NCBI GenBank assembly: GCA_963838825.1 | Contig: CAWISQ010000003.1 | Location: 114,440 to 178,439, forward strand | Length of the DNA stretch: 64,000 nucleotides | Source: an uncultured Actinomycetota bacterium | Lineage (GTDB): Bacteria > Actinomycetota > Actinomycetes > Streptosporangiales > Streptosporangiaceae | Direction: 5' to 3' | Shown: one piece after another, positions 1 through 9,560 of the stretch | Numbering within the stretch: the stretch's first letter is position 1 | Layout: every line of letters starts with the position of its first letter | The notes under the pieces: generated by a model | Databases searched by the model: none | What the model was told of the DNA's origin: nothing | The model's input: the letters and a program-made list of their open reading frames with translations, nothing else | Made by a program: the position numbers and the translations under genes

Positions 1-1869
1 GACATCACCTCCACCTGGGAGGCGCGGGAGCGGGTCGTCGTCGCGCTCACCGGCGGCCCGGAGGGCGACACGCTGATCAGGCGGGCCGCCCGGATCGCGG
101 CCAGGGCCTCGGGCGGCGACCTGCTCGCGGTCCACGTCACCAAGTCCGACGGCCTCACCGGCGCCAATCCGGCCAACCTGGCCCGGCAGCGGCAGCTGGT
201 GGAGTCGCTCGGCGGCAGCTACCACCAGGTCGTGGGCGAGAACATCTCCGAGGCGCTGCTCGCCTTCGCCAAGGCCGAGAACGCGACCCAGCTGGTGCTC
301 GGCGCGAGCCGCCGGTCCTGGCTGCTGGCCCTGCTGACCGGTCCCGGCATCGGCGCGCGGACCATCCGCGGCTCGGGCGCGATCGACGTCCACATCGTCA
401 CCCACTCGCAGGTGGGCAGCCGGTGGCGGCTGCTGCCCCGGTACCGGGGCGGGATCACGACCCGGCGGCAGATCGCCGGGTACGTCCTCGCGGTCGCGCT
501 GGCGCCGCTCGGCACGCTCGTGCTCGCCAGCGACCGGACCGGGATCAACCTCACCAGCGACACCCTGGCGTTCCTGGTGGCGGTGATCGTCGTCGCGCTG
601 ACCGGCGGGTTCCTGCCCGCGGTGATCGCCGCCGTCATCGCGTCGCTGCTGCTCAACTACTACTTCACCCCGCCCATCCACTCCTGGACGATCTCCCAGG
701 CCAACAACGCGCTCGCGCTCGGCGTGTTCATCGCGGTCGGCCTCGTCACCAGCTGGATCGTCGACGCCACGGCCAGGAAGTCCAATCAGGCGGCCCGCGC
801 CAACGCCGAGTCCGAGCTGCTGCGGACCACCGCCGGGTCGATCCTGCAGGGCCAGGGCACCCTCGACGCGCTGCTCGAGCGGACCAGGGAGGCGTTCGGC
901 ATGCGCTCGGCCAGCCTGCTCGAGCGGCTCGACCCGGCCGGCGGCGCCGGACGGGGCCCGGCGGGCGAGTGGGGCGTCGTCGCCTGCTCCGGTGACGCAC
1001 CGGTGACCAGGCCCGACGACGCCGACGTGGACGTACCGGTGACCGACACGCTCTCGCTCGCGCTGGCCGGGCGGCCGCTGCCGGCCGACGACCGGCGGGT
1101 GCTGGGCGCGTTCGCCGCCTACGCCGCCGTCGCGCTCGAGCAGCAGCGGCTCACGGCCGAGGCGGAGGCGGCCAAGCCGATCGCGGCGGCCGACCGGATG
1201 CGGACCGCGCTGCTGGCCGCGGTCAGCCACGACCTGCGCTCGCCGATCGCGTCGGCCAAGGCCGCGGTCACGTCGCTGCGCTCGGAGGACATCGCCTGGG
1301 ACGACGCCGACACGGCCGAGCTGCTCGCCACCGCCGACGAGTCGCTCGACCGGCTCACCCACCTGGTGGGCAACCTGCTCGACATGTCCAGGCTGCAGGC
1401 GGGGGCGCTGTCGCTGTTCCCCCGGCCGTCCGGGCTCGACGAGATCGTCGCCCGGTCGCTCGACGACCTCGGCCCGGCCGGCCGGGAGATCACCGTCGAC
1501 ATCCCGGACACGCTGCCCGCGATCAGCGCCGACCCGGCGATCCTGGAGCGCATCGTGGTCAACCTGACCGAGAACGCGCTGCGCTACTCCCCGGCGGGCA
1601 AGCCGCCGCTGCTGGCCGCGTCCGCGCTCGGCGACCGGGTGGAACTGCGGGTGGTCGACCGCGGCCCGGGCATCCCCGAGGGCGACCGGGAGCGGATGTT
1701 CGTGCCGTTCCAGCGGCTCGGCGACACCGACAACACCACCGGCGTCGGCCTCGGGCTGGCGCTCGCGCGCGGCCTCACCGAGGCGATGGACGGCACGCTG
1801 ACGGCCGAGGACACCCCCGGCGGGGGACTGACCATGACCATCTCCCTCCCGGCCGCGCCCGGCAACTAA
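1..1869 (+). CDS. kdpD: Osmosensitive K+ sensor histidine kinase KdpD (5' end outside window)
   Basis: Frame open from base 1 (WEARERVVVALTGGPEG, USP-like domain); four-TM region; H-box AVSHDLRSP; G-boxes DRGPGI and GVGLGL; followed by a KdpE-like regulator. Confidence 0.93.
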   Translation, partial: DITSTWEARERVVVALTGGPEGDTLIRRAARIAARASGGDLLAVHVTKSDGLTGANPANLARQRQLVESLGGSYHQVVGENISEALLAFAKAENATQLVLGASRRSWLLALLTGPGIGARTIRGSGAIDVHIVTHSQVGSRWRLLPRYRGGITTRRQIAGYVLAVALAPLGTLVLASDRTGINLTSDTLAFLVAVIVVALTGGFLPAVIAAVIASLLLNYYFTPPIHSWTISQANNALALGVFIAVGLVTSWIVDATARKSNQAARANAESELLRTTAGSILQGQGTLDALLERTREAFGMRSASLLERLDPAGGAGRGPAGEWGVVACSGDAPVTRPDDADVDVPVTDTLSLALAGRPLPADDRRVLGAFAAYAAVALEQQRLTAEAEAAKPIAAADRMRTALLAAVSHDLRSPIASAKAAVTSLRSEDIAWDDADTAELLATADESLDRLTHLVGNLLDMSRLQAGALSLFPRPSGLDEIVARSLDDLGPAGREITVDIPDTLPAISADPAILERIVVNLTENALRYSPAGKPPLLAASALGDRVELRVVDRGPGIPEGDRERMFVPFQRLGDTDNTTGVGLGLALARGLTEAMDGTLTAEDTPGGGLTMTISLPAAPGN

Positions 1870-1883
1870 GGGGTCTTCCTTCC

Positions 1884-2729
1884 ATGACACGGGTGCTTGT
1901 TGTTGACGATGAGCCGCAGATCCTGCGGGCGCTGCGGATTAACCTGCGGGCGCGGCAGTACGAGGTGGGCGTCGCCGCCAGCGGCGCCCAGGCGCTCGAG
2001 GAGGCCGCCGCGCACCCGCCGGACCTGGTCATCCTCGACCTCGGGCTGCCCGACATGGACGGCGTGGAGGTGATCGGCGGGCTCCGGGGCTGGACCGCGG
2101 TGCCGATCATCGTGCTGTCGGGACGGGCCGACTCCTCCGACAAGGTGGAGGCGCTCGACGCCGGCGCCGACGACTACGTCACCAAGCCGTTCGGGATGGA
2201 CGAGCTGCTGGCCCGGATGCGGGCCGCCGTCCGGCGCACCCCGGCGGCCGAGCTGCCGCCCCGGCTGGCCCTGGGCGACCTCACCGTCGACCTCACCGCC
2301 AAGCGGGTCACCAGGACCGGGCACGGTGGAACCACGGTCCGTTCGGAAGAAAACGGGCGGGCCATCGACGCCGACCCGCAGCCGGACGGCGACATCAGGC
2401 TGACGCCGACCGAATGGCACCTGCTCGAGGTGCTGCTGCGGAACCCGGGCAAGCTGCTCAGCCACCGGCAGCTGCTGAACGAGGTGTGGGGCCCCGGGTA
2501 CGACAACGCGGGCGGCAACCTGCGGCTCTACATGGCGCAGCTGCGCCGGAAGCTTGAGCCCGACCCGGCTCGGCCGCGCTGGCTGATCACCGAGCCCGGC
2601 ATGGGGTACCGCTACCAGCCGCCCGACCAGGAGCACCAGGAGCACGGCCAGCACCAGGACCAGCCGCGGGGCCAGGGCCAGGCCGGCGAGCTGGCCCGCG
2701 ATCCGGGCGAGACGGCACCGGGGAGCTAG
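1884..2729 (+). CDS. kdpE: Response regulator KdpE (OmpR family)
   Basis: VLVVDDEPQI, DLGLPDMDG, GADDYVTKPF, LRLYMAQLRRKLEPDP, TEPGMGYR; adjacent to kdpD. Confidence 0.92.
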   Translation: MTRVLVVDDEPQILRALRINLRARQYEVGVAASGAQALEEAAAHPPDLVILDLGLPDMDGVEVIGGLRGWTAVPIIVLSGRADSSDKVEALDAGADDYVTKPFGMDELLARMRAAVRRTPAAELPPRLALGDLTVDLTAKRVTRTGHGGTTVRSEENGRAIDADPQPDGDIRLTPTEWHLLEVLLRNPGKLLSHRQLLNEVWGPGYDNAGGNLRLYMAQLRRKLEPDPARPRWLITEPGMGYRYQPPDQEHQEHGQHQDQPRGQGQAGELARDPGETAPGS

Positions 2730-2764
2730 CCGATTCCGCCCGATGGGCCACGTTATGTGGCCTA

Positions 2765-2797
2765 ATTAACCAGTCGTTCACCTATTGTTCGGTAGTT
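2765..2797 (+). promoter_or_regulatory. PHO-box-like 11-nt direct repeat array (putative PhoP site)
   Basis: ATTAACCAGTC / GTTCACCTATT / GTTCGGTAGTT at exact 11-nt period upstream of a Pit transporter; resembles Streptomyces PhoP repeat units (GTTCAYC core). Confidence 0.6.
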
Positions 2798-2848
2798 ACA
2801 CACTCGGCCTCCTTCGCAACTTCCTAAGAGACCTTTACCGTCACATTT

Positions 2849-3997
2849 GTGAGCAACGACACTGTGCTTGTCCTGGTGGTCATCACAGCCCTGTGCTTTG
2901 ACTTCACCAACGGCTTCCATGACACGGGCAACGCGATGGCGACGTCGATCGCCACGGGGGCGCTGGGACCGCGGACAGCGGTGGCGATCTCCGGGGCGCT
3001 CAACTTCGTCGGCGCGTTCCTCTCCCTGGCGGTGGCGGCCACCATCGCCAGCGGCCTCGTCGACACCAAGGTGGTCACGCTGACGGTGGTGGCGGCCGGC
3101 CTGGCCGGCGGCATCATCTGGAACCTGGCCACCTGGCTGTTCGGCATCCCCTCAAGTTCCTCCCACGCGCTCATCGGCGGCGTCATCGGCTCGGTGATGG
3201 CGGCCTCGGGCGGCAGCGCGGTGCTCTGGCACGGCCTGGTCTCCAAGGTCATCCTGCCCGCCGTGTTCTCGCCGATCATCGCGGCGCTGGTCGCCGCCAT
3301 CGGCACCTGGCTGCTCTACCGGATCAGCCGGTCGATGACCGCGGGAGCGCGGGGCCACGGCTTCAGGATCGGGCAGATCGGGTCCGCCTGCATGGTCTCG
3401 CTGGCGCACGGCACCAACGACGCGCAGAAGACGATGGGCGTCATCACCCTCGCCCTGATCGCCAACGGCACCCTCGCGGCCAAGTCGAACGCGCCGATCT
3501 GGGTCATCGTCTGCTGCGCGCTCGCCATCTCCCTCGGCACCTACATCGGCGGCTGGCGGGTCATCCGCACGCTCGGCAAGGGCCTCGTGGAGATCGAGGC
3601 GCCGCAGGGCATGGCGGCCGAGTCCGCCTCCGCCGCGATCATCCTGCTCTCCTCGAGCTTCGGCTACTCGCTGTCCACCACCCACGTCGCGACCGGGTCG
3701 ATCATCGGCACCGGGCTCGGCAAGAAGGGCGCCGAGGTCCGCTGGAACGTGGCCGGCCGGATGGCGACCGCGTGGCTGTTCACCCTCCCGTCGGCGGCGC
3801 TGGTCGGCGCCGGGGCCGAGGCCCTCGCGCACGGCATCGGCGGCACCCTCGGGGTCGTGATCGACCTGATCCTGCTGGCCGCGCTGGCCGGGTTCATCTT
3901 CTACCGGTCCCGCGCCACCAAGGTGGACCACAACAACGTCAACGCGGAGTGGACCGGCGGCGTGGCCCCCGAGCCGGCCGAGACCGTCGCCGCCTGA
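2849..3997 (+). CDS. pitA: Inorganic phosphate transporter, PiT family
   Basis: PiT signatures NGFHDTGNAMAT, PSSSSHA, HGTNDAQK, STTH; many TM helices. Confidence 0.93.
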   Translation: MSNDTVLVLVVITALCFDFTNGFHDTGNAMATSIATGALGPRTAVAISGALNFVGAFLSLAVAATIASGLVDTKVVTLTVVAAGLAGGIIWNLATWLFGIPSSSSHALIGGVIGSVMAASGGSAVLWHGLVSKVILPAVFSPIIAALVAAIGTWLLYRISRSMTAGARGHGFRIGQIGSACMVSLAHGTNDAQKTMGVITLALIANGTLAAKSNAPIWVIVCCALAISLGTYIGGWRVIRTLGKGLVEIEAPQGMAAESASAAIILLSSSFGYSLSTTHVATGSIIGTGLGKKGAEVRWNVAGRMATAWLFTLPSAALVGAGAEALAHGIGGTLGVVIDLILLAALAGFIFYRSRATKVDHNNVNAEWTGGVAPEPAETVAA

Positions 3998-4030
3998 CCG
4001 GCGCAGAGCGGCGTAGAGAGGTAGCTAACA

Positions 4031-4321
4031 ATGTCCTGGATCAACCTAAGCGCTCTGTGGAAGATCGTGGTGTTCGGCCTGATCGCCGGGGCCGGCCTGC
4101 CGGCCCTGTTCGCGGGCGGCCTGTACACGCTGTCCTGGGGCCCGCGGACCGGCAAGGTGGCGACGGCCGGGGCCGACGGCGGCGGAGACTCCGACGCGCT
4201 CGTCGGCGGCAACGTGCTCGGCATGGTGCTCGCCGCGATCGCCTTCCTCATCGTCCTGGCCGCCATCGGCTGGGGCATCTACGAGGTCTACCAGATCGGC
4301 CACCCCGCGGTGAAGAAGTGA
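4031..4321 (+). CDS. Small two-TM membrane protein in the pit operon
   Basis: Two hydrophobic segments, GAGLPALFA motif; position matches the mycobacterial pitA-small membrane protein-DUF3349 order. Confidence 0.8.
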   Translation: MSWINLSALWKIVVFGLIAGAGLPALFAGGLYTLSWGPRTGKVATAGADGGGDSDALVGGNVLGMVLAAIAFLIVLAAIGWGIYEVYQIGHPAVKK

Positions 4322-4365
4322 CCGCCGGCGACCACGCCCCCTCATCAAGAAGGCGCAGCTGAGAC

Positions 4366-4665
4366 ATGGCAATTCCCGATGTCGTAACCAAGATCGTCGG
4401 CTGGCTCCGGGCCGGCTACCCCGAAGGCGTGCCGCAGCACGACTACATGCCGATCTTCGCCCTGCTCGGCACCCAGCTGACCAACGACGAGGTCACGCTG
4501 ATCGCCGGCGAGCTTGAGGTCTCGGCCGACCTGGCGTCGGCCGAGGCGATCAAGGCGGCCATCACCGCGGTCACCGACACCCAGCCGACCGACGCCGACC
4601 TGGCCCGGGTCCGCTCCCACCTCGCGGCCGGCGGCTGGCCGCTGGCCACGCCGCACCAGGACTGA
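4366..4665 (+). CDS. DUF3349 family protein
   Basis: WLRAGYPEGVPQHDYMPIFALL and RVRSHLAAGGWPL motifs. Confidence 0.88.
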   Translation: MAIPDVVTKIVGWLRAGYPEGVPQHDYMPIFALLGTQLTNDEVTLIAGELEVSADLASAEAIKAAITAVTDTQPTDADLARVRSHLAAGGWPLATPHQD

Positions 4666-4692
4666 TCGTCCGCCCCGGGCCCACCGGGACCC

Positions 4693-5419
4693 TCACCAGG
4701 GCAGCTCGCGCCCGTCCCTGGTGAAGGTACCGGTGGGTCCGCCGTTGGGCAGGGTCACCGCCCACACCACGCTGGCCGCCCCCTGGGCGACCGACCGCCC
4801 GCTCCCCCGGCCGCCGCGGGCCCCGTCGCCGTGCCGCCCCGCCCGGGCAGACGGCGTTGACGAGGATGCCGTCGCGGTACAGCTCGCCCGCCAGCATCCT
4901 CGTCAGCGCGTTGAGCGCCGCCTTGGAGACGCTGTAGGCCGGGCGGCCGCCGCTCATCAGCGCGATCGAGCCGCCCTCGCTCGACACGTTCACCAGCCTC
5001 GGCCGGGGGCTCGAGCGCAGCAGCGGCAGCAGCGCCTGGATCACCCGCCAGGCGCCGAACAAGTTCACGTCGAGCGCCTCCGCCACCGGCGACAGGTCGG
5101 TCGTGCCGGCGATCGCGTACTGGTCGGGCGCGCTCGAGGCACTGTTCACGATCGCGTCGACCCGGCCCCAGCGCTCCCGGATCCACGCCGCCAGCTGGTC
5201 GATGTTGACCGAATTATCGACCTCGATGTGGGCCGCGACCACTCGTTCCCCGCCCGGGTCGAGCTCCTTGGCCGCGAGCTCGGCCGCCCGCAGATCCCGG
5301 GATCCGAGCACCACCACGTAGCCGAGCGCGGCCAGCTGCCTGCAGACCTCGAGCCCGATGCCGCGGCTCGCCCCGGTAACCACGGCAACCGGCAGCTCAG
5401 AACGCGCTGGCGTGGTCAC
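4693..5419 (-). CDS. SDR family (carbonyl reductase-like) oxidoreductase, frameshift near 4830
   Basis: TGASRGIG, YSVSK, VNAVCPG; the expected C-terminus VAQGAASVVWAVTLPNGGPTGTFTRDGRELPW* is in another frame and ends at 4693. Confidence 0.82.
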
Positions 5420-5639
5420 CGCTGGGTCACCACTCGATTGCCGTAAAGAAGCTCATGTCGCCTATCTTGCCACTGACCCGGTTACGGCGTCTTTCGGCCC
5501 ATACGCCCGCTGATGGTGGTTCCCGACAGCTTCAAAACCATCATGTCGAACGGTCCCTGGCTCCGCGCCGGGGTCATATTCCTCTCCCCGGCAGGTGTCC
5601 GGCGGTCCGCTGCTGAGCAAACTGTTACCAGGGGGACCG

Positions 5640-6635
5640 ATGAACAAGCAGGTAGAGGCAGTGCACAGCGTCGGGCGGCCGACGATGAAGGACGTGGCGT
5701 CCAAGGCCGGCGTCGCGCTGAAGACCGTATCCCGGGTGGTGAACGGCGAGGCGGGGGTGACGCCGGAGACGGCCAAGCGGGTGCAGGGCGCGATCGCGGA
5801 TCTCGGCTTCCGGCGCAACGAGTCCGCCCGGCTGCTGCGCACCGGGCAGACCGCGACGCTCGGCTTCATCGCCGACGACTGGACCAACGCGGACCACGCG
5901 GCCGTCTACCGCGGGCTCGAGGACGTCGCCCGGGCCAACGGCTACCTGCTCTACTCCGGCTCGACCGACCGCGACGCGGAGCGCGAGGAGCAGCTCGCGC
6001 TGGCGATGTGCGCGCGGCGGGTGGACGGGCTGATCATCATCCCGACCCCCGGCTCGCACGACTACCTGGTGTCGGAGATCGAGGCCGGGGTGGCGGCCGT
6101 GTTCGTGCTGCGGCCGCCCGCGCTCGTCCGCGCGGACGCGGTGCTGCCCGATGAGCGCGGCGGCGGACGGGCGGCGGTGGCGCACCTGATCGCGCACGGG
6201 CACCGGCGGATCGGGCTGGTCAGCGGCGACCCGGGCGGCTACCGGACGACGCAGCTGCTGGCCGGCTACACGGAGGCGATGACGGCGGCGGGGCTGCCGG
6301 CCGATCCGGCCTGGACGGCGCTCACGGCCCAGTCGCTGCCGGGCGCGCCGGTCACCGCGGTGCTCTGCGCCGACCGGGCGCAGACGGAGGCGGTGCTTCG
6401 CGCCAGCGCCGAGCCGGGCCGGCTGGCGGTGGTGGGGTTCGGCGACTTCCCGCTCGCCGACCTGATGTCACCGCCCGTCACCGTGCTCAGCTACGACGCC
6501 CTGGTGATCGGGCGGACGGCGGGCGAACTGCTGGTCGGCCGGCTGGCAGGCGAGCAGGCGCCGCCCCGCACGGTGCAGGTGCCGGTGCAGCTGATCGAAC
6601 GGGGCTCGGCCGAGTTCCCGCCGCCGGAGCGGTGA
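5640..6635 (+). CDS. LacI family transcriptional regulator
   Basis: HTH TMKDVASKAGVALKTVSRVVN, ligand-binding domain, C-terminal LIERGS. Confidence 0.92.
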   Translation: MNKQVEAVHSVGRPTMKDVASKAGVALKTVSRVVNGEAGVTPETAKRVQGAIADLGFRRNESARLLRTGQTATLGFIADDWTNADHAAVYRGLEDVARANGYLLYSGSTDRDAEREEQLALAMCARRVDGLIIIPTPGSHDYLVSEIEAGVAAVFVLRPPALVRADAVLPDERGGGRAAVAHLIAHGHRRIGLVSGDPGGYRTTQLLAGYTEAMTAAGLPADPAWTALTAQSLPGAPVTAVLCADRAQTEAVLRASAEPGRLAVVGFGDFPLADLMSPPVTVLSYDALVIGRTAGELLVGRLAGEQAPPRTVQVPVQLIERGSAEFPPPER

Positions 6636-6637
6636 GG

Positions 6638-6826
6638 CTAGGCCCCGAGGACGACGCCGAGCAGCAGCGCGAGGATCGCGACGACCACCACGATCGCGAC
6701 CAGCAGGCCGATCTTGGACCCGGGCGCTTTCATCTGCCAAGGCGGCGGAAGGTCGTCGTCCCGCCGGGTGGCGAAGGCCTGGAACCGCGCTGTTTCCGCA
6801 CCCATGTCACTGTCAGTCTCTGGCAT
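6638..6826 (-). CDS. Small hypothetical protein with C-terminal TM helix
   Basis: 62 aa; TARFQAFA segment then a long hydrophobic tail; fills the gap between convergent genes. Confidence 0.6.
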   Translation of the reverse strand: MPETDSDMGAETARFQAFATRRDDDLPPPWQMKAPGSKIGLLVAIVVVVAILALLLGVVLGA

Positions 6827-6843
6827 ACGCAGATTTTAGCCCG

Positions 6844-7308
6844 TTATGCCCGCCCGGGCGGGGCAAACGCGTCGGCTCGCTCGACAAGTCTCGACAGGAC
6901 GATCACGCTCCGTGTCCGCTGCACGAACGGCTCGGCCGCGATCCGCTCCACCACCTGCTCGAAGTGCCTGATGTCGGCCGCCCTGATGTGCACCAGCGCG
7001 TCCGCCTCGCCGGTCACCGTGCAGGCGTCGGCTACCTCCGGGTGCCGCCTGACCGCGGCCGCGATCGCCTCCGGCGAGGTCGACGAGCCGCAGAACAGCT
7101 CCACGTACGCCTCGGTCGTCCAGCCGAGCGCGGCCGGATCGACCCGCGCGGTGAACCCGGTGATCGCGCCGGAGACGCGCAGCCGGTCCACCCGCCGCTT
7201 GACCGCGGGCGCGGACAGGCCGACCTCGGCGCCGATCACGGCGTAGCTGGCGCGGGCGTCCTTGATCAGCGCGGTGATGATCCGCGCGTCGATCTCATCC
7301 AGGCTCAT
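6844..7308 (-). CDS. Lrp/AsnC family transcriptional regulator
   Basis: MSLDEIDARII, IGAEVGLSAPAVKRRVDRL, TVTGEADA. Confidence 0.92.
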   Translation of the reverse strand: MSLDEIDARIITALIKDARASYAVIGAEVGLSAPAVKRRVDRLRVSGAITGFTARVDPAALGWTTEAYVELFCGSSTSPEAIAAAVRRHPEVADACTVTGEADALVHIRAADIRHFEQVVERIAAEPFVQRTRSVIVLSRLVERADAFAPPGRA

Positions 7309-7401
7309 CGCCCCACATGGTAGCCCCGACGGCGGCCTAGCCAGGATCCCGCCGCGCCAGCGAGGACACGAGGGTCGCGGAACTGATCCCCCGGACATGG
7401 T

Positions 7402-7434
7402 TGAGGCTCGGTGTCCCGCTTTCACCGAGCCTCA
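7402..7434. terminator. 12-bp stem hairpin downstream of the APC permease
   Basis: TGAGGCTCGGTG (7402-7413) / CACCGAGCCTCA (7423-7434). Confidence 0.55.
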
Positions 7435-7465
7435 CAAGTAAGACGCGACGCCCATCGGCGGCGGT

Positions 7466-9441
7466 TTACCGGCTCGATCGGAAAAGTCTCACTTTGGCCT
7501 CGGGCGCCTTCGGCGCCGCCGCGCGCTCGGCCGCGGCGGCGGCATCGTCGACCACGGTCTCCAGCCGGTAGCGGAGGCGGCAGAGGATCACCCGGCGGGT
7601 GCCGCGGCGGATCGCGCGCCCGAGGATCGCGCCGCGCTGGTTGTGCAGCAGCGCCTGCCACCAGTGGTCGGGCTGGATCTCCGGGATCAGCACGACCAGG
7701 CGGTGGTACTTGTCCTCGGCCTCGACCTGGCGCAGGTAGTTCACGATCGGCTCGGCGATCGAGCGGTGGGCCGAGCGCAGGGTCAGCAGCTGCACCTCCG
7801 GTCTCCATGACTGCCACTCGTCCCTGAAGGCCTTCTGCGGGCGCATGGTCCTCGTCGGAGTCGGTGAAGACGACGGTCACCGCGATCACGTCGTCGCCCA
7901 GGGACTTCGCGGCCGAGATGCCCTCCGCGGTGAGCCTGCGACATGCCCGACACCGGCACGATCACCAGCGACGCCCGCTTCACCGGGTGCGGCGGAACCT
8001 GCCCGATGGCGAGCTCCGCCCCGATCCGCTGGTAGGCCCGCGCCACCGCCATGAACATCAGCACCAGCAGCGGGATGACGATCGCGACCAGCCACGCCCC
8101 GGCCAGGAACTTGCTGACCAGCTCGATGATCGTGACCGCGAAGGTGAGCACCGCGCCGACGCCGTTGATGACGGCCCGGTACATCCAGGTCCGGCCGACC
8201 GAGCCGCTCGACCGCTGCAGGTACCAGTGCCTCACCATCCCCGATCTGGGACAGGGTGAAGCCGATGAAGACCCCGACCGCGAACAGCGGCACCAGCGCC
8301 TGGGTGTCGCCGCGGACGACGATGAGCAGCAGCGCGGCCGCGATCGCGAGCACGATGACGCCGTAGCGGAACACCCTCCTGTCCGCCCGCAGGCCGAACA
8401 CGTGCGGCAGGAAGTTGTCGTGCGCGAGCAGCCCGGCCAGCACCGGCAGCCCCGCGAACGAGGTGTTGGCGGCCAGCGAGAGCAGGACCAGCGTGACGAG
8501 CTGGATGATGTAGAAAGCACGTTGTGCCCGACCGCGCCCTCGGTCAGCTGGGCGAGCACGGTCGTCCCGGACTGCGGCACCGCGTCCCAGTGATGGATCA
8601 GCAGGCCGAGCCCGATCAGCATCCCGCCGAGCAGCAGGCCGAGCCCCACCTCGGTGTGCTGCGCCCGCTTCACCCGCGGCCGGCGGAACTGCGGTACCGA
8701 GTTGGCGATCGCCTCCACCCCGGTCAGCGCCGAGCACCCGGAGGCGAACGCCTTGAGGACCAGCAGCAGGCCGACCGTGTCGGTCGACCTGCGGCAGGTT
8801 GTGGCCGAGCGGCACGACCGGGTTGCCGCGGGCCAGGCCGATCACGATGACGGCGAAGATCGAGACGATGAACGCCAGCGTCGGCACCATGAAGAGCCGG
8901 GCCGACTCGGCCACGCCCCACAGGTTGGCCGCCGGTGATCAGCGCCAGCACCGCCAGGCAGAGCCATACCCGGGCGCCGTAGAGCGACGGGTAGGCGGCG
9001 GTCAGCGCCTCCACGCCGGCCGACACCCCGACGGCCGCGTTCAGGATGTAGTCGACGGTCAGCGAGGCCGCCGCGACCAGCGACGGCTTTGGTGCCGAGG
9101 TGGGTCTTGGAGACCGCGTAGGCGCCCCCGCCGTTCGGGAACGCCTCGATGACCTGACGGTAGGAGATGACCAGGGCCGCCAGCAGGACCACGATCGCGC
9201 CGGTGATCGGCAGGCTGTACTTGAGCGCCGACGACCCCGCCGCGACCAGCACCACGAGGATGGCCTCGGGCCCGTAGGCGACGCTGGAGAGCGCGTCGAG
9301 CGACAGCGCGGCGATCCCGCCGAGCGCGGTCAGCCGCTCCTTCTCATCGTCGTCCGGCCCGGCGGCTGGACCGTGCGCCTGCCCGTCGGTCTTCCCCGCA
9401 GCGATGGTCACGCTGCCATGATTATCCCGAACGGCGGTCAC
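7466..9441 (-). CDS. APC superfamily permease, KimA/YdaO-like putative K+ transporter; about 7 frameshifts
   Basis: LSLDALSSVAYGPEAI, FPNGGGAY, EAIANSVPQF, ANTSFAGLP, LVPLFAVGVFIGFTLSQ and LLHNQRG occur in successive frames and rebuild one gene. Confidence 0.8.
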
Positions 9442-9560
9442 GGCCGGTCGCAGCGCCGGCGGCCGTCGGCCCGACCTTAACGATTCGCGTCGCGACCTGG
9501 ACTGATTAGTCCGAAATGGCTCTCTGGGCGAACCGATCGATAACGTCTATAGTCAGGACC

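Noticed and set aside
9442-9560. c-di-AMP (ydaO) riboswitch upstream of the KimA-like gene
   Set aside because: The spacer is short, contains the divergent LysR promoter, and shows none of the ydaO conserved motifs.
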